DNA of 32,000 bases from Tannockella kyphosi (lineage in GTDB: Bacteria > Bacillota_I > Bacilli_A > Erysipelotrichales > Coprobacillaceae). The notes beneath the pieces are model-generated. The model ran no database searches and was not told where the DNA came from. It saw only the letters and a list, made by a program, of their open reading frames with translations. The translations under genes were made by a program, and so were the position numbers. Positions 1 to 9,005 of this stretch are shown one piece after another (within the stretch, counting starts at the first letter, position 1; each line of letters begins with the position of its first letter). The stretch lies in contig NZ_CP088239.1 of assembly GCF_021054785.1 (NCBI RefSeq), positions 1,980,001 through 2,012,000 of the forward strand. Direction: 5' to 3'.

Positions 1-199
1 CTGCTTGAATAAATTCAGGGATTGGTACTCCTACTGGACAACCTTTTTTACAAGGTTGATGTTTACAATTTAAACATCTTGTTGCTTCTTCTATTGCTTG
101 TTCTGGAGTATATCCTAATGATACTTCTTCAAAGTTTTTATTTCTGATATTTGGATCTTGTTCAGGCATTTTTACCTTATCCATTGACATGTTTGGCAT
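1..199 (-). CDS. N-terminal 66 codons (cut by the window edge) of an NADPH-dependent glutamate synthase-type FAD/FeS oxidoreductase (homotetrameric GltA / NfnB / SudA-like)
   Basis: My translation of the reverse strand from the ATG at 199 gives MPNMSMDKVKMPEQDPNIRNKNFEEVSLGYTPEQAIEEATRCLNCKHQPCKKGCPVGVPIPEFIQA. The Cys-rich N-terminus is typical of this family. The ATG overlaps the stop of the preceding PyrK-like gene (TAATG), which is the usual NfnA-NfnB pairing. Confidence 0.8.
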   Translation of the reverse strand, partial: MPNMSMDKVKMPEQDPNIRNKNFEEVSLGYTPEQAIEEATRCLNCKHQPCKKGCPVGVPIPEFIQA

Positions 200-1026
200 T
201 ATCTTTTCACCCCCGTTAAATTACAAATGTGTCCTTCTTCATGTTTGAACATTTTTTGACGATTAGTTAATTCATCGAAATCAACTAGTAATCCATCAAA
301 ATCTGGTCCATCTACACAAGCAAAACGAACTTTTCCATCTACTGTAACACGGCAACATCCACACATCCCTGTTCCATCAATCATGATTGGATTTAATGAT
401 ACAGATGTTTTTAATTCTAATGGTTTTGTAACTCCAACAACTGCTTTCATCATTGGTACAGGACCAATAGCAATTACTTCATCATATACTTCCCCTTTTT
501 CTAATAAATCGCTTAAGATAGTAGTAACAAATCCTTTTGTTCCTAAAGTTCCATCATCTGTAGCAATATATACGTTTTTACAGACATCTGCAAACTTATC
601 AGCCCATAAAACATATTCAGCACTACGACCTCCTATGATAACATCACACTCTACGCCACTAGCAGCCAATGCAGCGATTTGTGGATATAATGGAGCACTT
701 CCTACTCCACCAGCAACACCAATAACACGTTTTGTTTCATGGAATTCTGTTGGTACACCTAATGGTCCTACAAAATCCAATACAGAATCACCTTCATTTA
801 ACTTTGCAAGTTCTTTTGTTGAATATCCAACAATTTGATAAATGATAGTGATTGTTTCTTCTTCACGATTGAAATCAGCAATAGTTAAAGGAATTCTTTC
901 TCCTGCTTCATCCACTCTTAGAATAATGAATTGTCCTGCTTCGCATTTTTTAGCCACAAACGGAGCATGAACTTCCATTAATTCTACTACTTCATTCAAC
1001 TTCTCTTTTTTTACAATCTTGTACAT
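199..1026 (-). CDS. Sulfide/dihydroorotate dehydrogenase-like FAD/NAD-binding protein (PyrK fold; NfnA/SudB-like ferredoxin-NADP+ reductase subunit)
   Basis: 275-aa ORF. It has flavin/NAD fold motifs (RIPLTIAD, GVAGGVGSAP) and a C-terminal Cys cluster (GMCGCCRV...FACVDGP) typical of PyrK-type 2Fe-2S proteins. It is translationally coupled to the GltA-like gene. Confidence 0.85.
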   Translation of the reverse strand: MYKIVKKEKLNEVVELMEVHAPFVAKKCEAGQFIILRVDEAGERIPLTIADFNREEETITIIYQIVGYSTKELAKLNEGDSVLDFVGPLGVPTEFHETKRVIGVAGGVGSAPLYPQIAALAASGVECDVIIGGRSAEYVLWADKFADVCKNVYIATDDGTLGTKGFVTTILSDLLEKGEVYDEVIAIGPVPMMKAVVGVTKPLELKTSVSLNPIMIDGTGMCGCCRVTVDGKVRFACVDGPDFDGLLVDFDELTNRQKMFKHEEGHICNLTGVKR

Positions 1027-1180
1027 AAATACCCTCCTCTATCTATAGATACACATACATATATCTTAAGCTTTTCTTGTATAAAATACAATTGTTTTTG
1101 CACAGATAGAAAAATATTGCCTTCCAACAGTTTTGGTTTTATAATATTTCTATTAAAAGCATTCTTATGGGGAGAAATAA

Positions 1181-1969
1181 ATGGAAAATAAAAAAATACT
1201 CTTTTTTGATATTGATGGAACACTTACCGATGAACAAACTCATACTGTTCCAGATAGTTGTAAAGTAGCTTTATTAAAAGCAAAAGAAAAAGGCCATATT
1301 TTAATTGTTAATACTGGTAGACCTTTTTCTATTTTAGATAGTTATTTATTTGATTTAGGATTTGATGGATTTGTTTGTGGTTGTGGTACAAATATATATT
1401 TTAAAGATGAAGAATTATTTCATTTTACATTAACTTCTAAAAGATGTAAGGAGCTTGTTGAAAGTACTAGAAAATATAAGCTAGATGGTGTTTTTGAAGG
1501 AAGAAATATTATTTATTTTACTGATAATCATCGTATTGAAAAAGCAAAAATTATTTCTACTAGTTTACAATCAAGAGGTTTTAAAGTAGGTAATTTAGAA
1601 GATGAAATAATTGATTTTGATAAAGGAGTTGTCTTCTTTGATGAACAGTCAGATTATGAATCTTTTGCTAAAGAAGTAACTGATTTTGATTGTATTGAAA
1701 GAGGTCCAGGATTTAGAGAACTAGTTCCTGCTCCTTATAGTAAAGCAACAGGAATACAATTTATTGCGGATTACTTAGGTATCAGTGTTGATGATTGTTA
1801 TGTGTTTGGTGATAGTAACAATGACTTAGCTATGTTAAAGTATGTAAAGCATTCTGTTGTAATGGGGAATGCAGAAGATCCTAGTTTAAAAGAACTAGCT
1901 TATTTTGTTACAAAAGATATTAATGATGATGGTATTGCATATGCTTTAGAACAATTAAAGATTATATAA
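1181..1969 (+). CDS. Cof-type HAD-IIB family phosphatase
   Basis: 262-aa ORF with the HAD motifs FFDIDGTL, NTGRP and GDSNNDLAML. Confidence 0.85.
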   Translation: MENKKILFFDIDGTLTDEQTHTVPDSCKVALLKAKEKGHILIVNTGRPFSILDSYLFDLGFDGFVCGCGTNIYFKDEELFHFTLTSKRCKELVESTRKYKLDGVFEGRNIIYFTDNHRIEKAKIISTSLQSRGFKVGNLEDEIIDFDKGVVFFDEQSDYESFAKEVTDFDCIERGPGFRELVPAPYSKATGIQFIADYLGISVDDCYVFGDSNNDLAMLKYVKHSVVMGNAEDPSLKELAYFVTKDINDDGIAYALEQLKII

Positions 1970-1971
1970 AA

Positions 1972-2000
1972 ATAAGGTCCTTAGGAACCTTATTTTTTTT
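1972..2000. terminator. Bidirectional intrinsic terminator between the convergent HAD gene and acpP
   Basis: Hairpin ataaggtcc-tta-gga(a)ccttat is followed by T8 on the plus strand and preceded by an A-rich run. It overlaps the acpP stop codon. Confidence 0.7.
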
Positions 2001-2214
2001 CTAAATATTCTACAAAATCTCTTACTGTTTTAATTTCTACTGCTACTTCATCATCAATTTCAACATCAAATTCTTCTTCAATCGCCATAATTAATTCAAT
2101 AGCATCTAAAGAGTCTGCATTTAAATCTTCTCTTAGGTTTGTATCTAATGTAATTTCTACATCATCTTTTTTTAATACATCTACAATAATTTTCTTAACT
2201 TTATCTAATTCCAT
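1990..2214 (-). CDS. acpP: Acyl carrier protein (copy 1, last gene of the fab operon)
   Basis: 74 aa, acidic, with the phosphopantetheine attachment motif LNADSLDAIELIMAIEEEF. Confidence 0.95.
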   Translation of the reverse strand: MELDKVKKIIVDVLKKDDVEITLDTNLREDLNADSLDAIELIMAIEEEFDVEIDDEVAVEIKTVRDFVEYLEKK

Positions 2215-2237
2215 GGTTCTTCCTCCTAGATAAGATG

Positions 2238-2266
2238 ATTATACCCTAGGTTATTTTAAAAGTAAA
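2238..2266 (-). promoter_or_regulatory. Putative internal sigma-A promoter for acpP (TTTACT-17-TATAAT)
   Basis: The minus strand reads tatTTTACTtttaaaataacctagggTATAATcatc. It aligns with the promoter-like sequence upstream of the second acp gene at 12905-12933. Confidence 0.5.
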
Positions 2267-2268
2267 TA

Positions 2269-2694
2269 TTATTGTATTGCAAACATTAACTCTGCTTTTA
2301 CTACCGTTTTCCCATCTACTTTGGCAATCGCTTCACCAATACCAATTGGTCCTTTTTGTTTTATTAATGTACAACTTAATTCAACAACATCACCAGGAAT
2401 CACTTGTCCTTTAAAACGACATCCGTTAATCCCAGCAAAGAAAACTAACTTCCCTTTGTTTTCTTCTTTTGTAAGAATAGCGATACAACCTACTTGTGCT
2501 AATGCTTCTACCAATAAGACCCCAGGCATCACATGATGTTGTGGAAAGTGTCCACAAAATTGAGCTTCATTTACACTAATACATTTTATCCCTTTGGCAT
2601 ATTCCCCAGGCTGATAGTCATCAATGCGATCGACTAGTGCAAAAGGATAACGATGAGGATTGATTTCTTGTATTTGATTACTAGTTAGTTTCAT
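2269..2694 (-). CDS. fabZ: 3-hydroxyacyl-ACP dehydratase
   Basis: 141 aa with hot-dog fold motifs (RYPFALVDRI, FCGHFPQHHVMPGVLLVEALAQ). Confidence 0.95.
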   Translation of the reverse strand: MKLTSNQIQEINPHRYPFALVDRIDDYQPGEYAKGIKCISVNEAQFCGHFPQHHVMPGVLLVEALAQVGCIAILTKEENKGKLVFFAGINGCRFKGQVIPGDVVELSCTLIKQKGPIGIGEAIAKVDGKTVVKAELMFAIQ

Positions 2695-2706
2695 TATTTC
2701 TCCCTC

Positions 2707-3939
2707 CTACTTCTTAAATAAGATCGATGCATTATGTCCACCAAAACCTAATGAGTTACTCATTGTTATTTGGATATCTTGTTTTCTATTTACATTAGGA
2801 ACAATATCTAAATCACAATTATCATCTTTTTCTTGATAATTAATAGTTGCTGGAATTAATGAATCTTGCATAGCTTTTATACATACTATTGCTTCAATAC
2901 CTCCAGCAGCTCCTAAACAATGTCCCATATTCGACTTTGTAGAAGATACTGCTACTTGATAAGCATGTTCTTTTAATGCGATTTTAATCGCACTTGTTTC
3001 ACATTGATCATTTAAAGGTGTACTAGTACCATGGGCATTAATATAGTCTATTTGATTTGCTTCTATATTCGCTTCTTGAATAGCATTGATCATTGCTTTT
3101 GCTCCACCACTACCATCTGGCAAAGGTGCCGTAATATGATTCGCATCACAACTTACACCATACCCTATTATTTCTCCATAAATTTTAGCACCTCTATTCA
3201 TAGCATGTTGATACTCTTCTAATACTAACATACCTGCTCCTTCTCCCATTACAAATCCTGCTCTTTGTTTATCAAAAGGAATAGAAGCACGTGATTTATC
3301 TGTTGTTTCATTTAAGGCTTTCATGGAAGCAAATCCTCCAACACCTAAAGGAGTAATGGTTGCTTCACATCCTCCTGCTAATGCAATATCACTATAACCA
3401 TCTTTAATAGAACGATAAGCATCACCTATCGCATTCGTTCCTCCAGCACAAGCAGTAACTGGACATGTACACATTCCTCTAGCATCTAGTTCAATTGCAA
3501 TGGTTCCAGCTGCTAAATTTACAATAACCATTGGTACAAAGAAAGGTGATACTCGATCATATCCTTTCTCTAATGCTTTACTATGATCTGTTTCAATAGT
3601 ACCCAAACCACCGATACCACTAGATACATAAACAGAAAAACGATCACGATCAATAATTGCATCTTCTAAATTAGCGTCATGATATGCTTCTTTTGCTGCT
3701 ATTAAACCAAACTGTGTAAAACGATCCATTCTTCTTGCTGACTTACGATCTAAAAAATTAGTAACATCAAAGTCTTTTACTTCTGCTGCTAGTTTTACTT
3801 TTGTTAGATTGACATCATAATTCGTAATTTCATCTATCCCACATACTCCATCTTGAATACTTTGCCAAGTTTGTTCTACATTATGTCCAATTGCATTAAT
3901 TGTCCCTAATCCCGTTATAACAACTCTTCTCTTTTCCAT
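2707..3939 (-). CDS. fabF: Beta-ketoacyl-ACP synthase II
   Basis: KAS II motifs are present: RVVITGLG, an active-site Cys in VTACAGG, NAHGTSTP and GHCLGAAG. I trimmed the ORF-track start (4011) to the ATG at 3939 (MEKRRVVITGLG), which has a GGAGAAGG RBS and no overlap with fabG. Confidence 0.93.
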   Translation of the reverse strand: MEKRRVVITGLGTINAIGHNVEQTWQSIQDGVCGIDEITNYDVNLTKVKLAAEVKDFDVTNFLDRKSARRMDRFTQFGLIAAKEAYHDANLEDAIIDRDRFSVYVSSGIGGLGTIETDHSKALEKGYDRVSPFFVPMVIVNLAAGTIAIELDARGMCTCPVTACAGGTNAIGDAYRSIKDGYSDIALAGGCEATITPLGVGGFASMKALNETTDKSRASIPFDKQRAGFVMGEGAGMLVLEEYQHAMNRGAKIYGEIIGYGVSCDANHITAPLPDGSGGAKAMINAIQEANIEANQIDYINAHGTSTPLNDQCETSAIKIALKEHAYQVAVSSTKSNMGHCLGAAGGIEAIVCIKAMQDSLIPATINYQEKDDNCDLDIVPNVNRKQDIQITMSNSLGFGGHNASILFKK

Positions 3940-3949
3940 TATCCTTCTC

Positions 3950-4699
3950 CTATAACCCCATACCACCATCAACATAAATAGTTTGTCCAGTAATATATTT
4001 TGCTTTCTCACTTGTTAAAAACACGACTGCATTTGCAATATCTTCCACATTACCAAGTTTCCCCAATGGGATTTGTTTTACTAATTGTTGTTTTATTTCT
4101 TCACTTAACCCCTGTGTCATATCTGTATCAATAAACCCAGGTGCTAACGTATTTACCGTGATTCCTCTAGTTCCTAATTCTTTAGCCAAAGCAACACTCA
4201 TCCCAATAATTCCTGCTTTTGAAGCACAATAATTTACTTGTCCTGCATTACCATGTAATGCAACAACAGAGGACATAGATAGAATTGATCCACAACGTTG
4301 TTTTAACATAATTTTAGAAACACATTTCATACAATTCCATGTTCCTTTTAAATTAACATCTATTACTTCATCAAATGCTTCTTCTTTCATTTTCAATAAT
4401 AAGTTATCCTTTGTAATACCTGCATTATTTACTAAAACATCTATTCTTCCAAACACTTTTATTACTTCATCAAACATGATTTGTGTATCTTTAAAAGAAG
4501 CTATATTTGTTTTAATAGAAAATACTTCTACTCCATATTCTTCTATTAATTGTTTTGTTTTTATTACATTTGGGTTTGTTTCATCTCCACTAACATAATT
4601 AAATCCAATATGATAACCTTCTTTTGCAAGAGCAATACAAATTGCTTGTCCAATTCCTCTACTACCACCTGTAATAAAAGCTACTTTTCTTTGTTCCAT
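3950..4699 (-). CDS. fabG: 3-oxoacyl-ACP reductase (SDR)
   Basis: 249 aa with TGGSRGIG, NNAG and the YCASKAG catalytic motif. Its position between fabD and fabF supports the call. Confidence 0.93.
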   Translation of the reverse strand: MEQRKVAFITGGSRGIGQAICIALAKEGYHIGFNYVSGDETNPNVIKTKQLIEEYGVEVFSIKTNIASFKDTQIMFDEVIKVFGRIDVLVNNAGITKDNLLLKMKEEAFDEVIDVNLKGTWNCMKCVSKIMLKQRCGSILSMSSVVALHGNAGQVNYCASKAGIIGMSVALAKELGTRGITVNTLAPGFIDTDMTQGLSEEIKQQLVKQIPLGKLGNVEDIANAVVFLTSEKAKYITGQTIYVDGGMGL

Positions 4700-5622
4700 T
4701 CGTTATCTCCTTTTATTAGAGAAATAGTTTTCTCTAATGAGTCTTTATCTTCTACTTGATAACAAGTAATTTCTTTGTTTATCTTTTTAACAAAACCACT
4801 TAATACTTTCCCTGGTCCTATTTCAATAATTGTATCAATTCCATAATCTATCATTTTATAAATACTATCCTCAAAATAAACACTTGTCATTACTTGTTTT
4901 TCTAATAAGTTAGGGATTGATTGGTTCTCTTGTAAAAGAGTAGCCGTACTATTAAATATTACTGGTATTTTCATTGTTTGAAAGTGAACTGTTTCCAACT
5001 TTTCTTTTAATCTTTCACTAGCTTGTTGTAACAATGAGGTATGAAAAGGTCCACTTGTATTAAGAGCAATTACTCTTCTAGCACCTAATTCTTTACAATA
5101 ATTAGATGCTTCTTCGACTGCTTCTATTTGCCCACCTATCACAATTTGTCCAGGACAATTATAGTTAGCCACTTCCACTATTCCTGAAGAAACCTTTGTT
5201 ATTGCTTCTAATACTAGTTCTCTTTGTAACCCTATTACAGCAACCATTTTACTTTTCATTCCTGCTACTGCTTCTTCCATTACTTGTCCTCGATAGTTTA
5301 CTAAATCTAGTACTGTATCTTCATCAAATACCCCACTAGCATATAATGCAGAGTATTCTCCTAAACTTAAACCACATGTTATTATTGGTTCAATACCTGC
5401 TTGTTTTAGTAATTTTGTAGCAATAATAGCAGTTGTAACCATACAAGGTTGTGTATTGCTTGTTTTAGATAATTCTTCTATTGGACCATGAAAACATAAT
5501 TGTTTAATAGAAGGATTAATTCTATTTAATAATTGTTTTGCTTGTTCATAGTTATCATAAAATGATTGGTTCATTCCTACATATTGACTCCCTTGTCCTG
5601 CATATATAAATCCTATCTTCAT
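4681..5622 (-). CDS. fabD: Malonyl-CoA:ACP transacylase
   Basis: Contains FIYAGQGSQ and the GLSLGEYSA active-site serine motif. I placed the start at the ATG at 5622, which forms an ATGA overlap with the upstream stop. Confidence 0.93.
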   Translation of the reverse strand: MKIGFIYAGQGSQYVGMNQSFYDNYEQAKQLLNRINPSIKQLCFHGPIEELSKTSNTQPCMVTTAIIATKLLKQAGIEPIITCGLSLGEYSALYASGVFDEDTVLDLVNYRGQVMEEAVAGMKSKMVAVIGLQRELVLEAITKVSSGIVEVANYNCPGQIVIGGQIEAVEEASNYCKELGARRVIALNTSGPFHTSLLQQASERLKEKLETVHFQTMKIPVIFNSTATLLQENQSIPNLLEKQVMTSVYFEDSIYKMIDYGIDTIIEIGPGKVLSGFVKKINKEITCYQVEDKDSLEKTISLIKGDNEWNKEK

Positions 5623-6671
5623 GAATAACATTCCTCCATTAGTTGTTTTATTAATCTTTTTACTGAAATAATTTCTTTATTTAAATATCCATTACTTCCA
5701 CTAAAAAACAATCCTTCTTCTTTATTTCCTTTCACTGCATCTATCAATGCTCCAGATATACAATAAGGTGTTGTTTTAGGATCACATGGTATTAAACATT
5801 GGAAACAATGTTTAATCGGTATTCTTTGGCCTTTTTCTAACTTTTCAGTTAGTTTATTTTTAATTGCTCTTCCTGGCATACCTACTGGTGATTTAACTAA
5901 ATCAATGTCTTTGGTTGTTGCTTGTAAGAAAGCTTGTTTATAAGCTAAACTTGCATCACATTCATTTGTTGTTATAAAACGGGTTGCCATTTGTACGCCT
6001 GTTGCACCTAAGTCTATATATTTACGAATATCTTGACCCGTATATATTCCACCAGCTACAAAGACTGGTATGCATAAATCTAGTTGTTTTAGTAGTTCTA
6101 AAACATCTATTAAAATAGCTTCTAATGATTGTACTTTACCCTCTAATAAATCTTCTTTATGAAAACCTAAATGTCCTCCAGCAAGAGCTCCTTCAATAAC
6201 AATAAAATCAGGTACTCTTTGATGTTTTCTTTGCCATGATTTTAATATAACTGCTAATGCCTTTTTACTAGAAACAATAGGTGCAATTAATACATCATGT
6301 CCTTTTACTAAAGCTGGTAGATTAAGAGGTAATCCTGCTCCTGAAATAATAGCATCTACTTTTGCATCTAATGCTGCTTTTATCATTAATTCATAATCTC
6401 TAATAGCAACCATTGCATTAATAGCAACAATCCCATTGTTATTCGCTATTTCTTTTGCTTTTTTTATTTCTACTTGTAATTCTCTTACATTTGCTTCTTT
6501 TGTATTTTTTAAAAAGTCATCAGCTCGATAGCCTGGATGAGCCGTTGATATCACTCCCATCCCTCCATTCAATGCAACATGTCCTGCTAAATTCCCTAAA
6601 GATACCCCTACTCCCATTCCACCTTGAATAATAGGAATAGTCATTGTATGTTGATTTAATTGAATTTTCAT
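5619..6671 (-). CDS. Second nitronate-monooxygenase (NPD) family FMN protein, a FabK-like paralog with a C-terminal CX2CX3CX7C motif
   Basis: TIM-barrel NPD motifs are present (IIQGGMGVG, EGALAGGH, VAGGI, GATGVQMATRF), plus KHCFQCLIPCDPKTTPYC near the C-terminus. I trimmed the start to the ATG at 6671 (MKIQLNQ), directly after the fabK stop. Confidence 0.75.
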   Translation of the reverse strand: MKIQLNQHTMTIPIIQGGMGVGVSLGNLAGHVALNGGMGVISTAHPGYRADDFLKNTKEANVRELQVEIKKAKEIANNNGIVAINAMVAIRDYELMIKAALDAKVDAIISGAGLPLNLPALVKGHDVLIAPIVSSKKALAVILKSWQRKHQRVPDFIVIEGALAGGHLGFHKEDLLEGKVQSLEAILIDVLELLKQLDLCIPVFVAGGIYTGQDIRKYIDLGATGVQMATRFITTNECDASLAYKQAFLQATTKDIDLVKSPVGMPGRAIKNKLTEKLEKGQRIPIKHCFQCLIPCDPKTTPYCISGALIDAVKGNKEEGLFFSGSNGYLNKEIISVKRLIKQLMEECYS

Positions 6672-6672
6672 C

Positions 6673-7605
6673 TTATACCTCACTAGCCAATAGTTGATAA
6701 GTTTCTTTATATTCTTTAAATAATTGTTCAATAATTTCTTTAACTGGTTTACATTCTGTAATTAATCCAGCTACTTGTCCTGCCATTAAAGAACCATTTA
6801 TAATATCTCCTTCTACTACTGCTTTTTTTAGAGAACCTAATGTATATATTTCTAGTTCTTCTAAGGTTGCACCTTCTTTTTCTTTGCGTACATATTCTTT
6901 TGACATTTTGTTTTTTAAAATACGAACTGGTGTTCCACCAATTCTTCCAGTAACAATTGTATCACTGTCTTTTGCTTTTAAAATAGCTTGTTTATAGTTT
7001 TCATGGATAGGACATTCATCACTTGTTAGTAAACAAGTTCCTACTTGTACTCCACTTGCACCTAAGGCAAAAGCTGCTAACATTTGTTTTCCGGAAGCTA
7101 TTCCGCCAGCTGCAATAACTGGAATATCCACGGCATTTACTACTTGTGGTACTAATGCCATTGTTGTTAATTCACCAATATGTCCACCTGCTTCACAACC
7201 TTCTACAATAATTCCATCTACACCATTTCTTGCTACTCTTTTGGCTAGTGCTACTGTTGGAACTACTGGTAAAACAAGGATCCCTGCTTCTTTCCAAGCT
7301 TTGACATAAGGACCAGGATTCCCGGCACCGGTAGTAACAATAGGTACTTCCATATCAATAACTACTTGAGCCATCTCACTTGCAAAAGGATTTAATAACA
7401 TAATATTAACACCAAAAGGTTTATCTGTTAGCCTGCGACATTCTTGAATGTTTTCTTTTAACGTTGCTACGTCCATTCCTCCTGCCCCAATTAAACCTAA
7501 TCCTCCTGCATTACTAACGCTAGCTGCAAATGCTCCTGTTGCAATATTTGCCATTCCCCCTTGAATTAAGGGATACTTTATATGTAATAGTTCATTAATA
7601 TTCAT
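6673..7605 (-). CDS. fabK: Enoyl-ACP reductase II (FMN-dependent, FabK type)
   Basis: 310 aa. It matches the streptococcal FabK pattern as I recall it: YPLIQGGMA, KPFGVNIMLL, VTTGAGNP, EGCEAGGHIGELTTM, IPVIAAGGIA, GSLMAGQVAGL. Confidence 0.9.
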   Translation of the reverse strand: MNINELLHIKYPLIQGGMANIATGAFAASVSNAGGLGLIGAGGMDVATLKENIQECRRLTDKPFGVNIMLLNPFASEMAQVVIDMEVPIVTTGAGNPGPYVKAWKEAGILVLPVVPTVALAKRVARNGVDGIIVEGCEAGGHIGELTTMALVPQVVNAVDIPVIAAGGIASGKQMLAAFALGASGVQVGTCLLTSDECPIHENYKQAILKAKDSDTIVTGRIGGTPVRILKNKMSKEYVRKEKEGATLEELEIYTLGSLKKAVVEGDIINGSLMAGQVAGLITECKPVKEIIEQLFKEYKETYQLLASEV

Positions 7606-7614
7606 CTTTTCTCC

Positions 7615-8535
7615 TTACCACTCATGTAGAGTTGCTCCCCATGTTAAACCTGCTCCAAAACCAATACACATTACTTTATCGCCTTTTTTTATAAGCTTTT
7701 GTTCATTCATTTGAGCTAATGCAATTGGTATACTGGCTCCTGATGTGTTACCAAATTCTTGTACGTTGATGTAAAACTTTTGGGGATCAATTTTCATTTT
7801 CTTATAAACATAATGGATAATTCGATAATTTGCTTGATGGCAAACAAAATGATCAATATCCTCTATCTTTAGATTTGATTTTTCTAATAACTTTTCTATG
7901 CATTTTGGAATGATTCTTGTTGCAAACTTAAATACTTCCGTCCCATTCATTGTTAAATAACCATCCTTTGATGTACATAATACCTCTTTATTTCCTTTTG
8001 CATCTAAATAACTATACATCTTATTATTAGATGCTTGGACTACTACTGCTCCTGATCCATCTCCAAATAAGATACAAGTACTACGATCTGTATAGTCTAT
8101 TAATTTAGAAAGAACTTCACTTCCTACAACCAATGCATATTTATCTTCTAACGAATTTAACAGTCCTCTTGCTATTTCTAACCCATATACAAATCCACTA
8201 CAAGCAACATTAATATCAAAAGCAATTACTTCTTGATCATTTAATCCTAATTTTTCTTGTAACATACAAGCAACACTAGGTGTCTTATTTTCATTAGACA
8301 TCGTAGCTACTAAGATAATACCAATCTTCTTTTTATCAATCCCTTGAATTGCTTGTTTGCTAGCAAGATAAGCAATATCGATATTGTTTTGAGTATCCAC
8401 AACATGTCTAGTATGAATACCTGTTCTTTCTTGAATCCATTCATCACTAGTATCCACTAGTTTTTCTAAATCTTTATTTGTTAGTTTTTTAGGTGGTACA
8501 TAGTACCCCGTAGAAAGTATCTCTATTCCCATCAT
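7615..8535 (-). CDS. fabH: Beta-ketoacyl-ACP synthase III
   Basis: 306 aa with the active-site Cys in NVACSGFVY, plus HQANYRI and GNTSGASIP. The start codon forms an ATGA overlap with the fabT stop. Confidence 0.93.
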   Translation of the reverse strand: MMGIEILSTGYYVPPKKLTNKDLEKLVDTSDEWIQERTGIHTRHVVDTQNNIDIAYLASKQAIQGIDKKKIGIILVATMSNENKTPSVACMLQEKLGLNDQEVIAFDINVACSGFVYGLEIARGLLNSLEDKYALVVGSEVLSKLIDYTDRSTCILFGDGSGAVVVQASNNKMYSYLDAKGNKEVLCTSKDGYLTMNGTEVFKFATRIIPKCIEKLLEKSNLKIEDIDHFVCHQANYRIIHYVYKKMKIDPQKFYINVQEFGNTSGASIPIALAQMNEQKLIKKGDKVMCIGFGAGLTWGATLHEW

Positions 8536-9005
8536 TTTAATTTATCCCTAATTTCTTCAAAGAAATAACATAACTTACGTAATGACTCAATCAAATGTTC
8601 ATCTTGCAATGAATCTGTATCCTCACAAATACTACCAATCATTTCATCATGAAAAGCTTGATGTACTCGACATGCATTGGCTCCTTTGCTTGTTACCATT
8701 ACTCGTATAATACGTTTATCATGTTTATCTTTGATTCTTTCTACACAATTTTTTTCTTCTAGTTTTTTAATAGCCGTTGTGACTGTTCCATTGGTTAGTG
8801 TCGCTTTTTTAGCGATAGAAGACATTGTTGGAGTAGGGATACTACTAATTAATCCTAATAAATGAACTTCTATTACACTAAGATCTTTTATGCCTCTATC
8901 TTTCATAAAGACTTGTTCAATATCTAATATTTCATTAAATAAGTGTACTAATAGTTCATTAATTACTTCTCGATTGATAATATCTCTATTTAACAATATC
9001 CTCAC
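8532..9005 (-). CDS. fabT: MarR-family transcriptional repressor of fatty-acid synthesis (FabT-like), copy 1
   Basis: About 155 aa with a winged HTH (PTMSSIAKKATLTNGTVTTAIKKLEEKNCVERIKD). It sits directly before fabH, as in streptococci and enterococci. The start is uncertain: GTG at 9005 lies directly against the AGGAGG, while TTG at 8996 has better spacing. Both overlap the end of accA. Confidence 0.8.
   Translation of the reverse strand: MRILLNRDIINREVINELLVHLFNEILDIEQVFMKDRGIKDLSVIEVHLLGLISSIPTPTMSSIAKKATLTNGTVTTAIKKLEEKNCVERIKDKHDKRIIRVMVTSKGANACRVHQAFHDEMIGSICEDTDSLQDEHLIESLRKLCYFFEEIRDKLK

Noticed and set aside
383-838. A 151-aa plus-strand ORF antisense to the PyrK-like gene. Similar antisense ORFs lie at 2321-2536, 3031-3222, 4550-4759, 8677-8865, 10254-10448, 14978-15211, 15281-15556, 16319-16534, 17789-18007, 18443-18709, 19381-19620, 21154-21354, 22206-22427, 26072-26320 and 27879-28076.
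   Set aside because: All lie fully inside well-supported genes on the opposite strand. Their composition is low-complexity and reflects the complement of AT-rich codons. They have no RBS or family motifs, so they are shadow ORFs.
1036-1052. A 12-bp palindrome, tatctatagata, next to the RBS of the PyrK-like gene.
   Set aside because: It is short and AT-rich, occurs only once, and matches no operator consensus I recognise (it is not Rex-like). This is too weak to call.
1011-1223. A 70-aa minus-strand ORF spanning the divergent intergenic region between the PyrK-like gene and the HAD gene.
   Set aside because: It overlaps both neighbouring start codons and the promoter region, and it has no RBS or motif. 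It is probably spurious.
3940-4011. N-terminal extensions in the ORF track for fabF (to 4011), the NPD paralog (to 6731), the cupin (to 16897), symporter A (to 26978) and accC (to 12163).
   Set aside because: The extensions overlap upstream genes, lack RBS spacing and are not matched by paralog or family N-termini. Internal starts with good Shine-Dalgarno sequences fit better.
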